64,000 bases of DNA from a virus (Duplodnaviria > Heunggongvirae > Uroviricota > Caudoviricetes), in IMG/VR virus record IMGVR_UViG_2974540528_000001, positions 33,169-97,168 of that record; one strand, written 5' to 3'. Shown in pieces: positions 26,115 through 35,022 of this stretch. The position numbers and the translations under genes are program-made. The notes beneath the pieces are model-generated. The model made no database searches, was not told the DNA's origin, and saw nothing but the letters and a program-made list of their open reading frames with translations. Numbering within the stretch: position 1 is the first letter of the stretch; every line of letters begins with the position of its first letter.

Positions 26115-26887
26115 GACGTCTTATCGTTATAAGTGGTGCTGGCTTCTCTGCGGAGAGTGGTGTACGTACATTCCGCACAGATACTGAATCTGGTAAAGCC
26201 CTGTGGGATGAATACGACCTTGAGGAGGTTTGTAACATACACGCCTTCCGTGGTAACTTCTACCATAAAACGCACATGTTTTATAACAAGCGTCGTGCAG
26301 AGTTACCAACGGTACATCCGAATGCGGCGCATCTTCGCGTGGCTGAGTGGTACAGACGTTATCCTGGGCAGGTTGTTAACATGACAACTAACGTTGATGA
26401 CCTTCTGGAACGTGCGGGTGTCCCTAAAGAAGATACTCTTTACATACATGGTTATCTGAAAGAGATCCTTGTTAAAGATGCTTTCACCAAGAAGATAAAG
26501 GTTGTCGATATTGGCTACGACCAAATTGATCCTGATGATTATGATTGGTGTAAACCAAACGTAATTTTCTTTGGTGAAAATGCTCCGGCGTATGGACCTA
26601 TGTCTGATACCCTGGAGTCTTTAGGAAGCCAAGATCTTGTAATTGTTGTTGGGTGCTCAAACACGGTAATCAACTTCAACTGGGAGTTGTTCCCTGCGGT
26701 TATGCGGGGGACCAAAGTTGTTGTTGTTAATCCTGCTATTAGGTATGATGAACAAATGATGTATGAGAATGCGGGTGTTCTTGTATATCGTACCGGAGCT
26801 GTTGATGCCTTTAATAATCCCGGCCTTATCAAGATAGTTGAGAATCACCTTGAAGGTAAGACACCATTGCAAAGCAAGGAGAAATAA
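26111..26887 (+). CDS. Sir2-family protein (sirtuin-like, zinc-less)
   Basis: 258 aa; sirtuin motifs ISGAGFSAESGVRTFR, TTNVDDLLERAG, catalytic HG in LYIHGY, PNVIFFGE and VVGCSN; no CxxC zinc-ribbon. Confidence 0.8.
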   Translation: MRRLIVISGAGFSAESGVRTFRTDTESGKALWDEYDLEEVCNIHAFRGNFYHKTHMFYNKRRAELPTVHPNAAHLRVAEWYRRYPGQVVNMTTNVDDLLERAGVPKEDTLYIHGYLKEILVKDAFTKKIKVVDIGYDQIDPDDYDWCKPNVIFFGENAPAYGPMSDTLESLGSQDLVIVVGCSNTVINFNWELFPAVMRGTKVVVVNPAIRYDEQMMYENAGVLVYRTGAVDAFNNPGLIKIVENHLEGKTPLQSKEK

Positions 26888-28188
26888 TGCAACAAGTAAA
26901 CAGTACACTGTACGCCCTTAATAAAGATGGTTCTTTCCAGTGTTGGAAGGTGTTTATTGCTGGTAATCAGGTAGTTGTAGAGTTTGGCAAGGTTGGTGGT
27001 AAGAAGCAACAAAAGGTTACCACCTGTGAACCGAAGAACGTTGGACGTTCTAACGAAACCACCGCAGAACAGCAGGCATTGGCTGAGGCCGTTTCCAAAT
27101 GGGAGAAACAGGTTCGCCTTGGATATCGTGACGATACAAGCAAGCTTGAACAGGAAGAGAACTTCTCCCCAATGCTGGCACATGATGCAATTAAACGTTA
27201 TAAATCAATAATTTATCCAGCATACGTACAGCCAAAGCTCGATGGTGTACGTGCTCTGGTTACTCTTGATGCAGATGGCTTCCCACAATTCAATAGTCGT
27301 GGTAACAAACTGTATCCTGTACCGCTTGATTCTGAGTTGTCTAAACAGGTTAAATCCCTTTCTGAGCATTCAGGGTTTGACAAATTCGATGGGGAGCTGT
27401 ACATTCATGGTCTGAGTCTGCAAAAGATTGTTGCCCTCGCTAAGAAGTGGCGTACACCAGAGCAGATTGAAGAAGAGATTGAAAAGGACTATCAGGGGGA
27501 TATCAAGCGTCGTAACAAAGCACTTTCTGACGGCGAGCCTGTCTGGAAAGACTTCAATGGCGATGTTTGGGCTACGGCTATTTTCCCAGTAAAGGATGTT
27601 GATCGCTATAGCGGTTACTCCAGCCTTGACCTTGAGTACCATATCTTCGACATTCCTGTGAATGCAGGAAGTCCTTGGTATTCAACGGATCATGATAAGA
27701 CACGTCACCAAGACCTCTTATCCGTTGCTGAAGCTGTAGAGTGTGAACTTGAAGTACCTCTTATTAACATTGTTCATGGTATTGTTGTCTCTTGTGAGAG
27801 AGAGGTTAAATGGTCCATCGGTAAATATATGGAGAGGGGGTTTGAAGGTTCTATTGTCAGAAACTTCAAAGGCTTGTATGAATTTGGACAGCGTTCATCA
27901 GACCTTCTAAAATGGAAATTGTTCCAAGATGGCGAGGCTAAAGTCCTTGATTCTGTGGAAGATAAGAACGGTGAGGGTGTCCTGCTTTGTGAAGAGAAAG
28001 ATGGTACACGTTTCAACTGTAAAATGAAGGGAACCCATGCAGAGAGATCTCAGGAACGAATGCTCCTGCTGGTGGGTAAGTTTATTAACTTCACGTTCCA
28101 GGCTAGAACTGATGATGGTGTTCCTCAGTTCCCTGTGGGCCAAAGCGTTCGTGAACTAGATACATTAACATGGGAACCTAATTATTAG
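26887..28188 (+). CDS. ATP-dependent DNA ligase with N-terminal WGR domain
   Basis: 433 aa; N-terminal WGR-like signature (CWKVFIAGNQVVVEFGKVGGKKQ...KVQKGY-like RLGYRD); ligase motif I KLDGVRALV; start ATG overlaps the Sir2 stop. Confidence 0.75.
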   Translation: MQQVNSTLYALNKDGSFQCWKVFIAGNQVVVEFGKVGGKKQQKVTTCEPKNVGRSNETTAEQQALAEAVSKWEKQVRLGYRDDTSKLEQEENFSPMLAHDAIKRYKSIIYPAYVQPKLDGVRALVTLDADGFPQFNSRGNKLYPVPLDSELSKQVKSLSEHSGFDKFDGELYIHGLSLQKIVALAKKWRTPEQIEEEIEKDYQGDIKRRNKALSDGEPVWKDFNGDVWATAIFPVKDVDRYSGYSSLDLEYHIFDIPVNAGSPWYSTDHDKTRHQDLLSVAEAVECELEVPLINIVHGIVVSCEREVKWSIGKYMERGFEGSIVRNFKGLYEFGQRSSDLLKWKLFQDGEAKVLDSVEDKNGEGVLLCEEKDGTRFNCKMKGTHAERSQERMLLLVGKFINFTFQARTDDGVPQFPVGQSVRELDTLTWEPNY

Positions 28189-28243
28189 CGTATATAATGT
28201 CGGCATAAATGATTCTTCTACACCAGTCTACTCAAATGGAAAC

Positions 28244-28780
28244 ATGGATGTCTATTACTCAAGATGGAAAGACATCCTTAAAAGATGCTATTCTGAAAGC
28301 TTTCATGCAAACAACCCTTCCTACATTGGATGCTCTGTTTGTGAAGAATGGAAAACATTTTCTATCTTTAAGGCTTGGTTAGTAGGTTCTGGATTTGATG
28401 GAACACAGGCTATTGATAAAGACCTTTTGTTCAGGGGTAACAAATTGTACAGTCCAGAAACTTGTGTTTTGATTGATTCAGAACTTAACTCTTTTTTAGC
28501 GATTGGCGGTAGAGGTTCTCACTTGCCCCACGGGGTTGGTTTACAAGGCGGTAAATGTGTAAAACCTTATACAGCAAAGATTAAGGACTCTGTTAAGACA
28601 GAGTATATTGGAAGCTATGAGACAGCAATGGATGCTCATAAGGCTTGGCAAAATAGAAAATATCAGGCAGCATGTAATCTTTCTTTAAGGTATGATGACC
28701 CAATTAGAGCATACATTGTAAACGCAGCAAATAGGATTTTAGAAGATATAGAAAACAATAGACAGACAAAGGAGATATAA
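28244..28780 (+). CDS. AP2-domain protein (homing-endonuclease-associated DNA-binding fold), paralog A
   Basis: 178 aa; C-terminal AP2-like segment GVGLQGGKCVKPYTAKI...YIGSYETAMDAHKAW; shares an N-terminal domain with the ORF at 52463-53137. Confidence 0.5.
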   Translation: MDVYYSRWKDILKRCYSESFHANNPSYIGCSVCEEWKTFSIFKAWLVGSGFDGTQAIDKDLLFRGNKLYSPETCVLIDSELNSFLAIGGRGSHLPHGVGLQGGKCVKPYTAKIKDSVKTEYIGSYETAMDAHKAWQNRKYQAACNLSLRYDDPIRAYIVNAANRILEDIENNRQTKEI

Positions 28781-29241
28781 TGGGATTTTATCGTAAAAAA
28801 CCTGTAGAGGTTGAAGCACATAAGTTTGACGGGTCGTCAACCAGCGCAGGGCAGATCCATAATTGGATGGAAACTGGTGTGTGGAAGGACTCCGAAATCC
28901 ACACTCGTGATTGTGGTCGTACTGTAGATATAAAAACCCCAGAGGGGGTGGTTGTAGCCTCTGCTGGGGATTATGTGATTAAAGGGGTGGCTGGAGAATT
29001 CTATCCTTGCAAATCAGAAATTTTCCATGCAACATATGACCCGCTGGAAGACACTGATCGGGAACCTGGGAACTACCCAGCTAAAGCAATCCGTAAGGGT
29101 GATGAGATCATGTTTTGCGGAAAGGTTTATACCGTAACGAATACTGGTGCGATGGGGGAGGATGTTATCCTGACTCTCGGCGATGGTTCCCAAATCCCTG
29201 TGCGCCCTGATACTCAAATTATCGTAACAAAGGCACAGTAA
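28780..29241 (+). CDS. hypothetical protein
   Basis: 153 aa; start overlaps upstream stop. Confidence 0.4.
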   Translation: MGFYRKKPVEVEAHKFDGSSTSAGQIHNWMETGVWKDSEIHTRDCGRTVDIKTPEGVVVASAGDYVIKGVAGEFYPCKSEIFHATYDPLEDTDREPGNYPAKAIRKGDEIMFCGKVYTVTNTGAMGEDVILTLGDGSQIPVRPDTQIIVTKAQ

Positions 29242-29242
29242 A

Positions 29243-29593
29243 ATGATCTGGTATTGGCTGGCGCTACTAGGCGCATCATTTGTAACAGGAGGCGGCATTT
29301 ATGCCGCTTACAGATTCCGAAAAGATAAGCTGGATGATTTCTTTGACTGGGTTGCTGGAAAGGTTAAACGTCTGCTGATCATCTGGGTATTTGTTATGGG
29401 CCTTGTTACGCTGGCCCTTACTGTCCCATTATGGCATACTATGACTTGTCAGTTCGACGGCTGGGCCGCGAATACAGAGACCAGTTATTCATGGTACAAA
29501 TCAACCTGCCTGTATAAAAGCAAGACAGGGGCATGGCTACCTTTAGGTATCAGTCGTGATCAACCGCAAGGAGATGGTGATGCATCAAATTAA
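29243..29593 (+). CDS. hypothetical membrane protein
   Basis: 116 aa with two predicted TM helices. Confidence 0.4.
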   Translation: MIWYWLALLGASFVTGGGIYAAYRFRKDKLDDFFDWVAGKVKRLLIIWVFVMGLVTLALTVPLWHTMTCQFDGWAANTETSYSWYKSTCLYKSKTGAWLPLGISRDQPQGDGDASN

Positions 29594-29834
29594 AGAAAAT
29601 ACTGTAGATTTTGAAGCGCATATCTACGATTCTGCGATGAACGACAACTACAGATGGTCAATTCGTCCAGATCCTGATCTGCCAGGTTCAGTTAACCTTT
29701 CTTACAATGAGTTAGCTCATTATGACAACCGTTCTCGCCAAGGTTATGAACAGCGGGGTATGGTAGGTTTCGATAAAGAAACTTGGGAAAAAATTAAATA
29801 CGCCATCGATGGTGTTTTTGAAAAAACAATTTAG
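29556..29834 (+). CDS. hypothetical protein
   Basis: 92-aa ORF. Confidence 0.3.
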   Translation: MINRKEMVMHQIKENTVDFEAHIYDSAMNDNYRWSIRPDPDLPGSVNLSYNELAHYDNRSRQGYEQRGMVGFDKETWEKIKYAIDGVFEKTI

Positions 29835-29842
29835 GAGATTTA

Positions 29843-30520
29843 ATGAAAGAAGCTTATGATACTCTGAATGCTATGCTGCGCCCAACCTCTCTTGTTAAGT
29901 ATGCGAAACATGTTGTAGATTGGAATTCTGTCGCAGCATCTGCAAAGGGTGAATTTACCCCATTGGGAAAGCAGTGGGAGTTTGTAGGAGAGGAGTTACA
30001 AGAAACCGTTACAGCATTAATCGAAAATGACCGTAAGGAAGTTGTTGATGGAGCGTGTGACTTGTTTGTTGTGGCGTCGTATGCTTATTGGTTGAGTAAT
30101 AACTATTCGCTATCCTCAGATAAATATTTAACTTATAATCCTGACCTTAAGTTTTCTCCTGGTAAAGCTTTGGATGCTTTTGCGAATGATGACTATGAGG
30201 GGATGCTTAAATTGAGCACAGCTTTGTTGTTTGGTCTTGATATGCAATTGCATAAGAACATGCATAGCGTTCTGGAATCTAATGATTCTAAATATCCAAC
30301 ACTTAGTGAAATTCAGTCTTTGCATAAAGACCTTGACTTGGCAAAAGCCCTTGAGGCAGAATGCACCTGTATCGAACAGCGTAATGGTGGACGCTATGAA
30401 GGTGTTCATTTCTCCATTGTTGATGAGAATATGAAAGAAGAGCCACGTGTCGTATTCTTCGACAAAGGCGGTAAAATCATGAAGCCAGGGACTTTCAAAA
30501 AACCAAACATTATTGTTTGA
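29843..30520 (+). CDS. putative MazG-like nucleotide pyrophosphohydrolase
   Basis: 225 aa; acidic EExxE-type helix EFVGEELQETVTALIEND followed by EVVDGACDLF, reminiscent of all-alpha NTP-PPase (MazG/HisE) motifs. Confidence 0.35.
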   Translation: MKEAYDTLNAMLRPTSLVKYAKHVVDWNSVAASAKGEFTPLGKQWEFVGEELQETVTALIENDRKEVVDGACDLFVVASYAYWLSNNYSLSSDKYLTYNPDLKFSPGKALDAFANDDYEGMLKLSTALLFGLDMQLHKNMHSVLESNDSKYPTLSEIQSLHKDLDLAKALEAECTCIEQRNGGRYEGVHFSIVDENMKEEPRVVFFDKGGKIMKPGTFKKPNIIV

Positions 30521-30533
30521 CAATCGTATCTGG
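30506..30533 (+). promoter_or_regulatory. sigma70-type promoter TTGACA-N16-TATAAT
   Basis: Consensus hexamers at 30506-30511 and 30528-30533. Confidence 0.5.
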
Positions 30534-30571
30534 GTCTGTATAATGACCCATCAAGACAAAAGGAGAACGAA

Positions 30572-30796
30572 GTGGAAGAAAATATTGATTATTCTGAAAT
30601 TGTTGCCTTGGCTAAACGCCTTAAAATGACCATCATTAATCGCGGGGCATCTTCCCGTCATGTTATCCGCTTCACGATGAAGCGTCGTTGGGGTGGCGTA
30701 AAGAAATACGCTTATGAATGCACACTCGGCACACTGGTATCTCATGTCAACCAGATCGAGAGAATGGGCGGAAAAATTGTCGGCATTGACAATTGA
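30572..30796 (+). CDS. hypothetical small protein
   Basis: 74-aa ORF with RBS AAAGGAGAACG upstream. Confidence 0.4.
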   Translation: MEENIDYSEIVALAKRLKMTIINRGASSRHVIRFTMKRRWGGVKKYAYECTLGTLVSHVNQIERMGGKIVGIDN

Positions 30797-30799
30797 AGC

Positions 30800-30827
30800 T
30801 TGACAAATAAAACTGAACGGTTATACT
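30800..30827 (+). promoter_or_regulatory. sigma70-type promoter TTGACA-N16-TATACT
   Basis: Hexamers at 30800-30805 and 30822-30827, 30 nt upstream of the ORF at 30859. Confidence 0.5.
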
Positions 30828-30858
30828 GACCACACTAAACCAAACAAAGGAGCAATAT

Positions 30859-31218
30859 ATGCCACGTATGCCAAAAATCAAAATCGAACTGATCACCTCT
30901 CTGCCGTCTGACCCGGTTCAGCGTAAACGCCTGAAAGATAGCGTAACTGAAGTGGTTGATCTCCAGCGTCAAATCGCTGATCTGAAAGACCAGATCAAAG
31001 ATATTCGCTCTGTGGAGAAAGAAACGCATAATATCTCTCCAAAATTCTTCAATAGCCTGGTGAAGCGCGAGTATGATGTTCGCTTCGAAGCCGAAAAGAA
31101 AACTGCTGCATTAGAGGCAGAAAAAGAAGTCTTCACCGAGGCAGATATTCTGTTTGGTCGTGGAACCCCAAATGTTGCACAGACTGAAGCCGATGATGGT
31201 GCTGAGGACACTGAATAA
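30859..31218 (+). CDS. hypothetical protein
   Basis: 119-aa charged helical ORF with RBS AAAGGAGCAATAT upstream. Confidence 0.45.
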   Translation: MPRMPKIKIELITSLPSDPVQRKRLKDSVTEVVDLQRQIADLKDQIKDIRSVEKETHNISPKFFNSLVKREYDVRFEAEKKTAALEAEKEVFTEADILFGRGTPNVAQTEADDGAEDTE

Positions 31219-31418
31219 TGAAATACTACCTTAATGGTGTTGGCCTATTTGTCTTCATCTGCGTCGTATTCGGGTTTGGTGTTCCAACTCTGGTTTCTGC
31301 CAAAGATACAATCAGTGTTATTGGCGGGTTTGCCTTAGTCTTCACTGCCCCGGTTGTCGTATGGTACTGGTTGCGTAAGGTCTTCATTCCGAAGACAAGC
31401 GCTGAAGGAGATCGATAA
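31218..31418 (+). CDS. hypothetical small membrane protein
   Basis: 66 aa with two TM helices. Confidence 0.4.
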   Translation: MKYYLNGVGLFVFICVVFGFGVPTLVSAKDTISVIGGFALVFTAPVVVWYWLRKVFIPKTSAEGDR

Positions 31419-31582
31419 TGTTGCTAAATCTGAAGGCGGCAACTTGGGAAAAGTTGCAGCACTTGGCAAAGTCCAAAGGTAAGTCTGCGGCATCTTATGT
31501 TGCAAAAATCGTAGATGACCACGTTGATGAAAACGTAAAGACTGAGTATAAAATCAAAGAGGAGAAACAAACTAATGCTTAA
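31418..31582 (+). CDS. putative ribbon-helix-helix (CopG/ParD-like) DNA-binding protein
   Basis: 54-aa ORF not in the supplied track (below size cut-off): MLLNLKAATWEKLQHLAKSKGKSAASYVAKIVDDHV... resembles RHH N-terminal beta-strand plus helix; overlaps next gene by 8 nt. Confidence 0.35.
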   Translation: MLLNLKAATWEKLQHLAKSKGKSAASYVAKIVDDHVDENVKTEYKIKEEKQTNA

Positions 31583-32465
31583 GAATATCAAACGCGTAGT
31601 ATTTTCTGGCCTGATCGCCCTGAGTGCAATTGGTCTGACTGGTTGTGAACGTGCAACTGTTCCGGCGGGTTATGTGGGTGTTAAGGTTGACCTGTATGGT
31701 GATGAGAAAGGCGTTCAGCAGCAAGAAGTGGGCGTTGGTAAGTATTGGTTAACCTGGAACGAAGAGATCTATCAGTTCCCGACGTTCAACCAGTTGAACA
31801 ACTACGAACAACCATTTAACTTCCAGACCAAAGATTCTATGACGGTTACTGCGAAGATCGGTGTTGAGTATTACGTTGACCGCTCTAAGGTTACCAAGAT
31901 CTTCCAGACCTACCGTAAAGGCGTCCAGGAGATTACCGATGTCAACATCCGTCAGAATATCTCTGATGCATTGATCAAGGAAGCTGGTACGATGGATATT
32001 GGTACGCTGGCTGGTGATGGTAAATCTCAGCTTCTGGACCGAGTGACCAAGACTCTTAAGCAGAAACTTGACCCGGTAGGTATCGTTATTGTGAAACTGT
32101 CTTACACTGATGACCTTGGTTATCCTCCTCAGGTAACTGCGTCCATCAACGCTAAGATCGAAGCGACTCAGAAAGCGCTGCTGCGTGAAAACGAAATCCA
32201 GCAGACTAAAGCTGAAGCTCAGAAACAAATTGAAGCAGCTCGCGGTGAAGCAGAATCCCAGCGACTGCAAGCTCAGGGCCAGGCAGATGCTAAAGTAGCT
32301 CTGGCAAAAGGTGAAGCAGAATCCATCCAACTGCGTGGTGATGCTCTCCGTAAGAACCCTGAAATCATGCAACTGGAAGCGATCAACAAGTGGGACGGTA
32401 AAACCCCGACCATTATGGGTGGCAACGGTGCAGTACCTTTCGTAAATCTGCCAGCAGGTAAGTAA
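31575..32465 (+). CDS. SPFH/band-7 (prohibitin-like) lipoprotein
   Basis: 296 aa; signal peptide with lipobox LTGC; SPFH-like core; C-terminal Ala/Gln/Glu-rich coiled-coil. Confidence 0.6.
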   Translation: MLKNIKRVVFSGLIALSAIGLTGCERATVPAGYVGVKVDLYGDEKGVQQQEVGVGKYWLTWNEEIYQFPTFNQLNNYEQPFNFQTKDSMTVTAKIGVEYYVDRSKVTKIFQTYRKGVQEITDVNIRQNISDALIKEAGTMDIGTLAGDGKSQLLDRVTKTLKQKLDPVGIVIVKLSYTDDLGYPPQVTASINAKIEATQKALLRENEIQQTKAEAQKQIEAARGEAESQRLQAQGQADAKVALAKGEAESIQLRGDALRKNPEIMQLEAINKWDGKTPTIMGGNGAVPFVNLPAGK

Positions 32466-32467
32466 AG

Positions 32468-32496
32468 GTTGACAAAAGGCCCGGTGATTAGTATCA
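32468..32496 (+). promoter_or_regulatory. sigma70-type promoter TTGACA-N17-TATCAT
   Basis: Hexamers at 32468-32473 and 32491-32496. Confidence 0.45.
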
Positions 32497-32524
32497 TCGG
32501 GTCTCAACTTAATAAAGGAGTCTC

Positions 32525-32749
32525 ATGATGAGTATTCGCAGCTATCTTTTTGGAGTTCTCACAGGTGTGGTTGTGATGTGTCTCTTATTAATCTCTTCCC
32601 CAGCATTTGCCACAGTCAACACACTTTCTTTGGTGGATGAATACACTGATGGAAGCTCCAAAGTCTGCATCTACAGCGACGGTAATCGTACAGAGAGTGT
32701 TGTGAAAGAAGGTGCTGGCTCATGCCCGTCTAAAAAGACTTTCCACTAA
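32525..32749 (+). CDS. hypothetical small membrane/secreted protein
   Basis: 74 aa with N-terminal TM/signal helix; RBS AAAGGAGTCTC upstream. Confidence 0.4.
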   Translation: MMSIRSYLFGVLTGVVVMCLLLISSPAFATVNTLSLVDEYTDGSSKVCIYSDGNRTESVVKEGAGSCPSKKTFH

Positions 32750-32757
32750 GGAGCATA

Positions 32758-32960
32758 TGATGTCTGAAAAGATGATTCAAGTACCTGCCTCCATTATCGC
32801 AGAACTCGTGCCGTATATTAACAGCGGACTACGATCAACTGCTGATGAGATGGGAAAGGCTGGACATACCCCATCCGAAGTAATGTCTGAGGATTATGAC
32901 CGTTTTAACTCCCTTCGTAGGATTCTGAGAGAAAACGGAGTCAGCTATGCGAGTAACTGA
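32758..32960 (+). CDS. hypothetical small protein
   Basis: Start chosen at ATG 32758 after RBS AAGGAGCATATG rather than the track start 32712. Confidence 0.35.
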
Positions 32961-33453
32961 TAAATACGTCTTCTTCTTCACTTACCGGGATATGTTCAGT
33001 AATCACTACCGCCAAGTTATTCCTATTCGTTGTGGTGGTTATGAGTTTTTCACTGTAGAACATTACATGATGTTCCAGAAGGCAATGCTCTTCGATGACA
33101 AAGAAATTGCTTCCCGCATCGCTACGGTTGATAACCCGAATGAGGCCAAAGCTCTTGGTCGTCAGGTAAAAGGTTTCGACAATAACGTCTGGGAAGAGAA
33201 TAGGATGGATATTGTGACTTCAGGCCTTGTATTGAAAATGAAGGCCAACAGATCTGTCCTCGAAGCGGCGCTTGGGCATCGAGATGCAGGGCGTAAGTTT
33301 GTGGAAGCCTCTCCTTATGATGCCATCTGGGGTGTTAAATTAAACGAATATGATACACGTATCGATGATCCTGCCAATTGGCGTGGTTTGAATCTTCTCG
33401 GTGAGTGCTGGGAACGGGCTATTGATATTGTTGTTGCTGCAACGTGGAGGTGA
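32947..33453 (+). CDS. NADAR-domain (YbiA-like) protein
   Basis: 168 aa; NADAR-type motifs FFFTYRDMFSNHYRQ and EFFTVEHYMMFQKAMLFDD. Confidence 0.65.
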   Translation: MRVTDKYVFFFTYRDMFSNHYRQVIPIRCGGYEFFTVEHYMMFQKAMLFDDKEIASRIATVDNPNEAKALGRQVKGFDNNVWEENRMDIVTSGLVLKMKANRSVLEAALGHRDAGRKFVEASPYDAIWGVKLNEYDTRIDDPANWRGLNLLGECWERAIDIVVAATWR

Positions 33454-33454
33454 C

Positions 33455-33892
33455 TTGAAATTAGAGATCGAACTGGTTCCAAAGACAGCGTGGTTTACTA
33501 ATCTTCGATCTCATCTCACCAAAGCCCAGTGGGATGTTGTCAGAAAGAAATGTTATGCAAAAGCCAATTATTGTTGTGAAATTTGTGGTGGTAAAGGGAC
33601 TAAACACCCTGTTGAGTGTCACGAGATTTGGTCATATGCCGACAGTACCATTACCTTAACGGGTCTGATTGCGCTATGCCCCTCTTGTCATGAAGTCAAG
33701 CATATTGGTTTGGCAGGGATCCGTGGTCGTGGTGAAATTGCCATTCGTCACTTTATGAGAGTGAATGAAGTAAGCCGCGCTGTGGCAGAGAAATATGTTA
33801 AGGAAGCGTTTGATTTGTATCATGAACGAAGCAAGCGTGAAAAGTGGGAATTGGATGTCCGGTATTTGGACGAGTATTTGAGTAAAGATTGA
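33455..33892 (+). CDS. HNH endonuclease
   Basis: Track ORF 33401-33892; probable start TTG 33455 after GGAGGTGA RBS; Cys-rich HNH core CCEICGGKG...ECHEIW...CPSCHEVKH. Confidence 0.6.
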   Translation: MKLEIELVPKTAWFTNLRSHLTKAQWDVVRKKCYAKANYCCEICGGKGTKHPVECHEIWSYADSTITLTGLIALCPSCHEVKHIGLAGIRGRGEIAIRHFMRVNEVSRAVAEKYVKEAFDLYHERSKREKWELDVRYLDEYLSKD

Positions 33893-35022
33893 GAGGGCTA
33901 GTGGCATATCCGTATGATAAAGATTGGAAAAACAAAGTAACGAAAGACTGCGTATTAGCTTTGGATCTTGACCAGACATGCTTTGTGTCAGCCGCCGGTG
34001 CTGAAAAGCGTACAATTGAGGTCACTCATATTGAGTCTGGAAGAACAAAGATTTTCCGTAACAGGACTGAATTTTGGGGATCGACAAAGAAAGTTGTCGG
34101 TGGATGGATCAAAGACCAAAACATGAACATGGAGGCGAAGGCAAGGGCCGAAGGCCGAGTGTTTGTACCGTGGGGTCGGGATGACTTCACGATTAAAGAC
34201 ATTCAGGAACCGGAACCTGTAGAAAACTGCCTTCATATACTGAAGACAAAGATCAATGCTATCTTTGAGCACCTTGAGATGGAAAGCAATACCGGGATGG
34301 GTGTACTCGGCGGTGAGGGTAACTTCCGCCTTATGCTTCCAGCTCCAGAGCGTTACAAGGGCAATCGTGAGGATACATTACGCCCACTCCTTCTTCAGGA
34401 AACAAGGGATTATGTTACCCGGAAGTATAACGCTAAGGTGATCAATGGTGTTGAAGCAGATGACTATCTTTCTGTTCTTGCTTATATGGGGTGGGAGAAT
34501 TACCAGAAGACCGGGAAGTTCAACTACATCGTGGCATCGTTTGATAAAGACCAGAAAGGAAACCCTGGGCTTATCTTCGATACTATGCGCGATTCAGAAG
34601 AGAAGACATGGAAGCACCCGATCCCTATGTTGATCGACGATTCGATGGGTGAGATCTGGATGGAAGGTAACAAGGTCAAGGGATGGGGACGTAAGTTCTT
34701 CGGTTACCAGATGCTTTGCGGTGACAGCTCAGATAACATCAAGCCATACCAGTGTTTTGATATCGCTGGACGTTTCGGTGATACGGCGGCATTCAACCTG
34801 ATCGGACACCTTCAGGATGAGAAATCCATGTGGCAAGCGATCATTAACCAATATAAAACCTGGTTCCCGAACGGTGTTGAGTTTACTTCGTGGGACGGCA
34901 CACAACGGAAAATGAGTGCAGGTCAGTGGGCATCTATCATCTTCCAGATGGTCTACATGAAGCGTTCTGCGAATGATAAGACAACCCTTTCAAGTGAGTT
35001 ACGCCGTGTGGGGATCGTATGA
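33889..35022 (+). CDS. 5'-3' exonuclease / flap endonuclease (T5 D15-like)
   Basis: 377 aa; motifs YKGNREDT and GVEADDYLSVLAY match the FEN/RNase H family signatures YKGNR and GVEADD. Confidence 0.7.
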   Translation: MRGLVAYPYDKDWKNKVTKDCVLALDLDQTCFVSAAGAEKRTIEVTHIESGRTKIFRNRTEFWGSTKKVVGGWIKDQNMNMEAKARAEGRVFVPWGRDDFTIKDIQEPEPVENCLHILKTKINAIFEHLEMESNTGMGVLGGEGNFRLMLPAPERYKGNREDTLRPLLLQETRDYVTRKYNAKVINGVEADDYLSVLAYMGWENYQKTGKFNYIVASFDKDQKGNPGLIFDTMRDSEEKTWKHPIPMLIDDSMGEIWMEGNKVKGWGRKFFGYQMLCGDSSDNIKPYQCFDIAGRFGDTAAFNLIGHLQDEKSMWQAIINQYKTWFPNGVEFTSWDGTQRKMSAGQWASIIFQMVYMKRSANDKTTLSSELRRVGIV

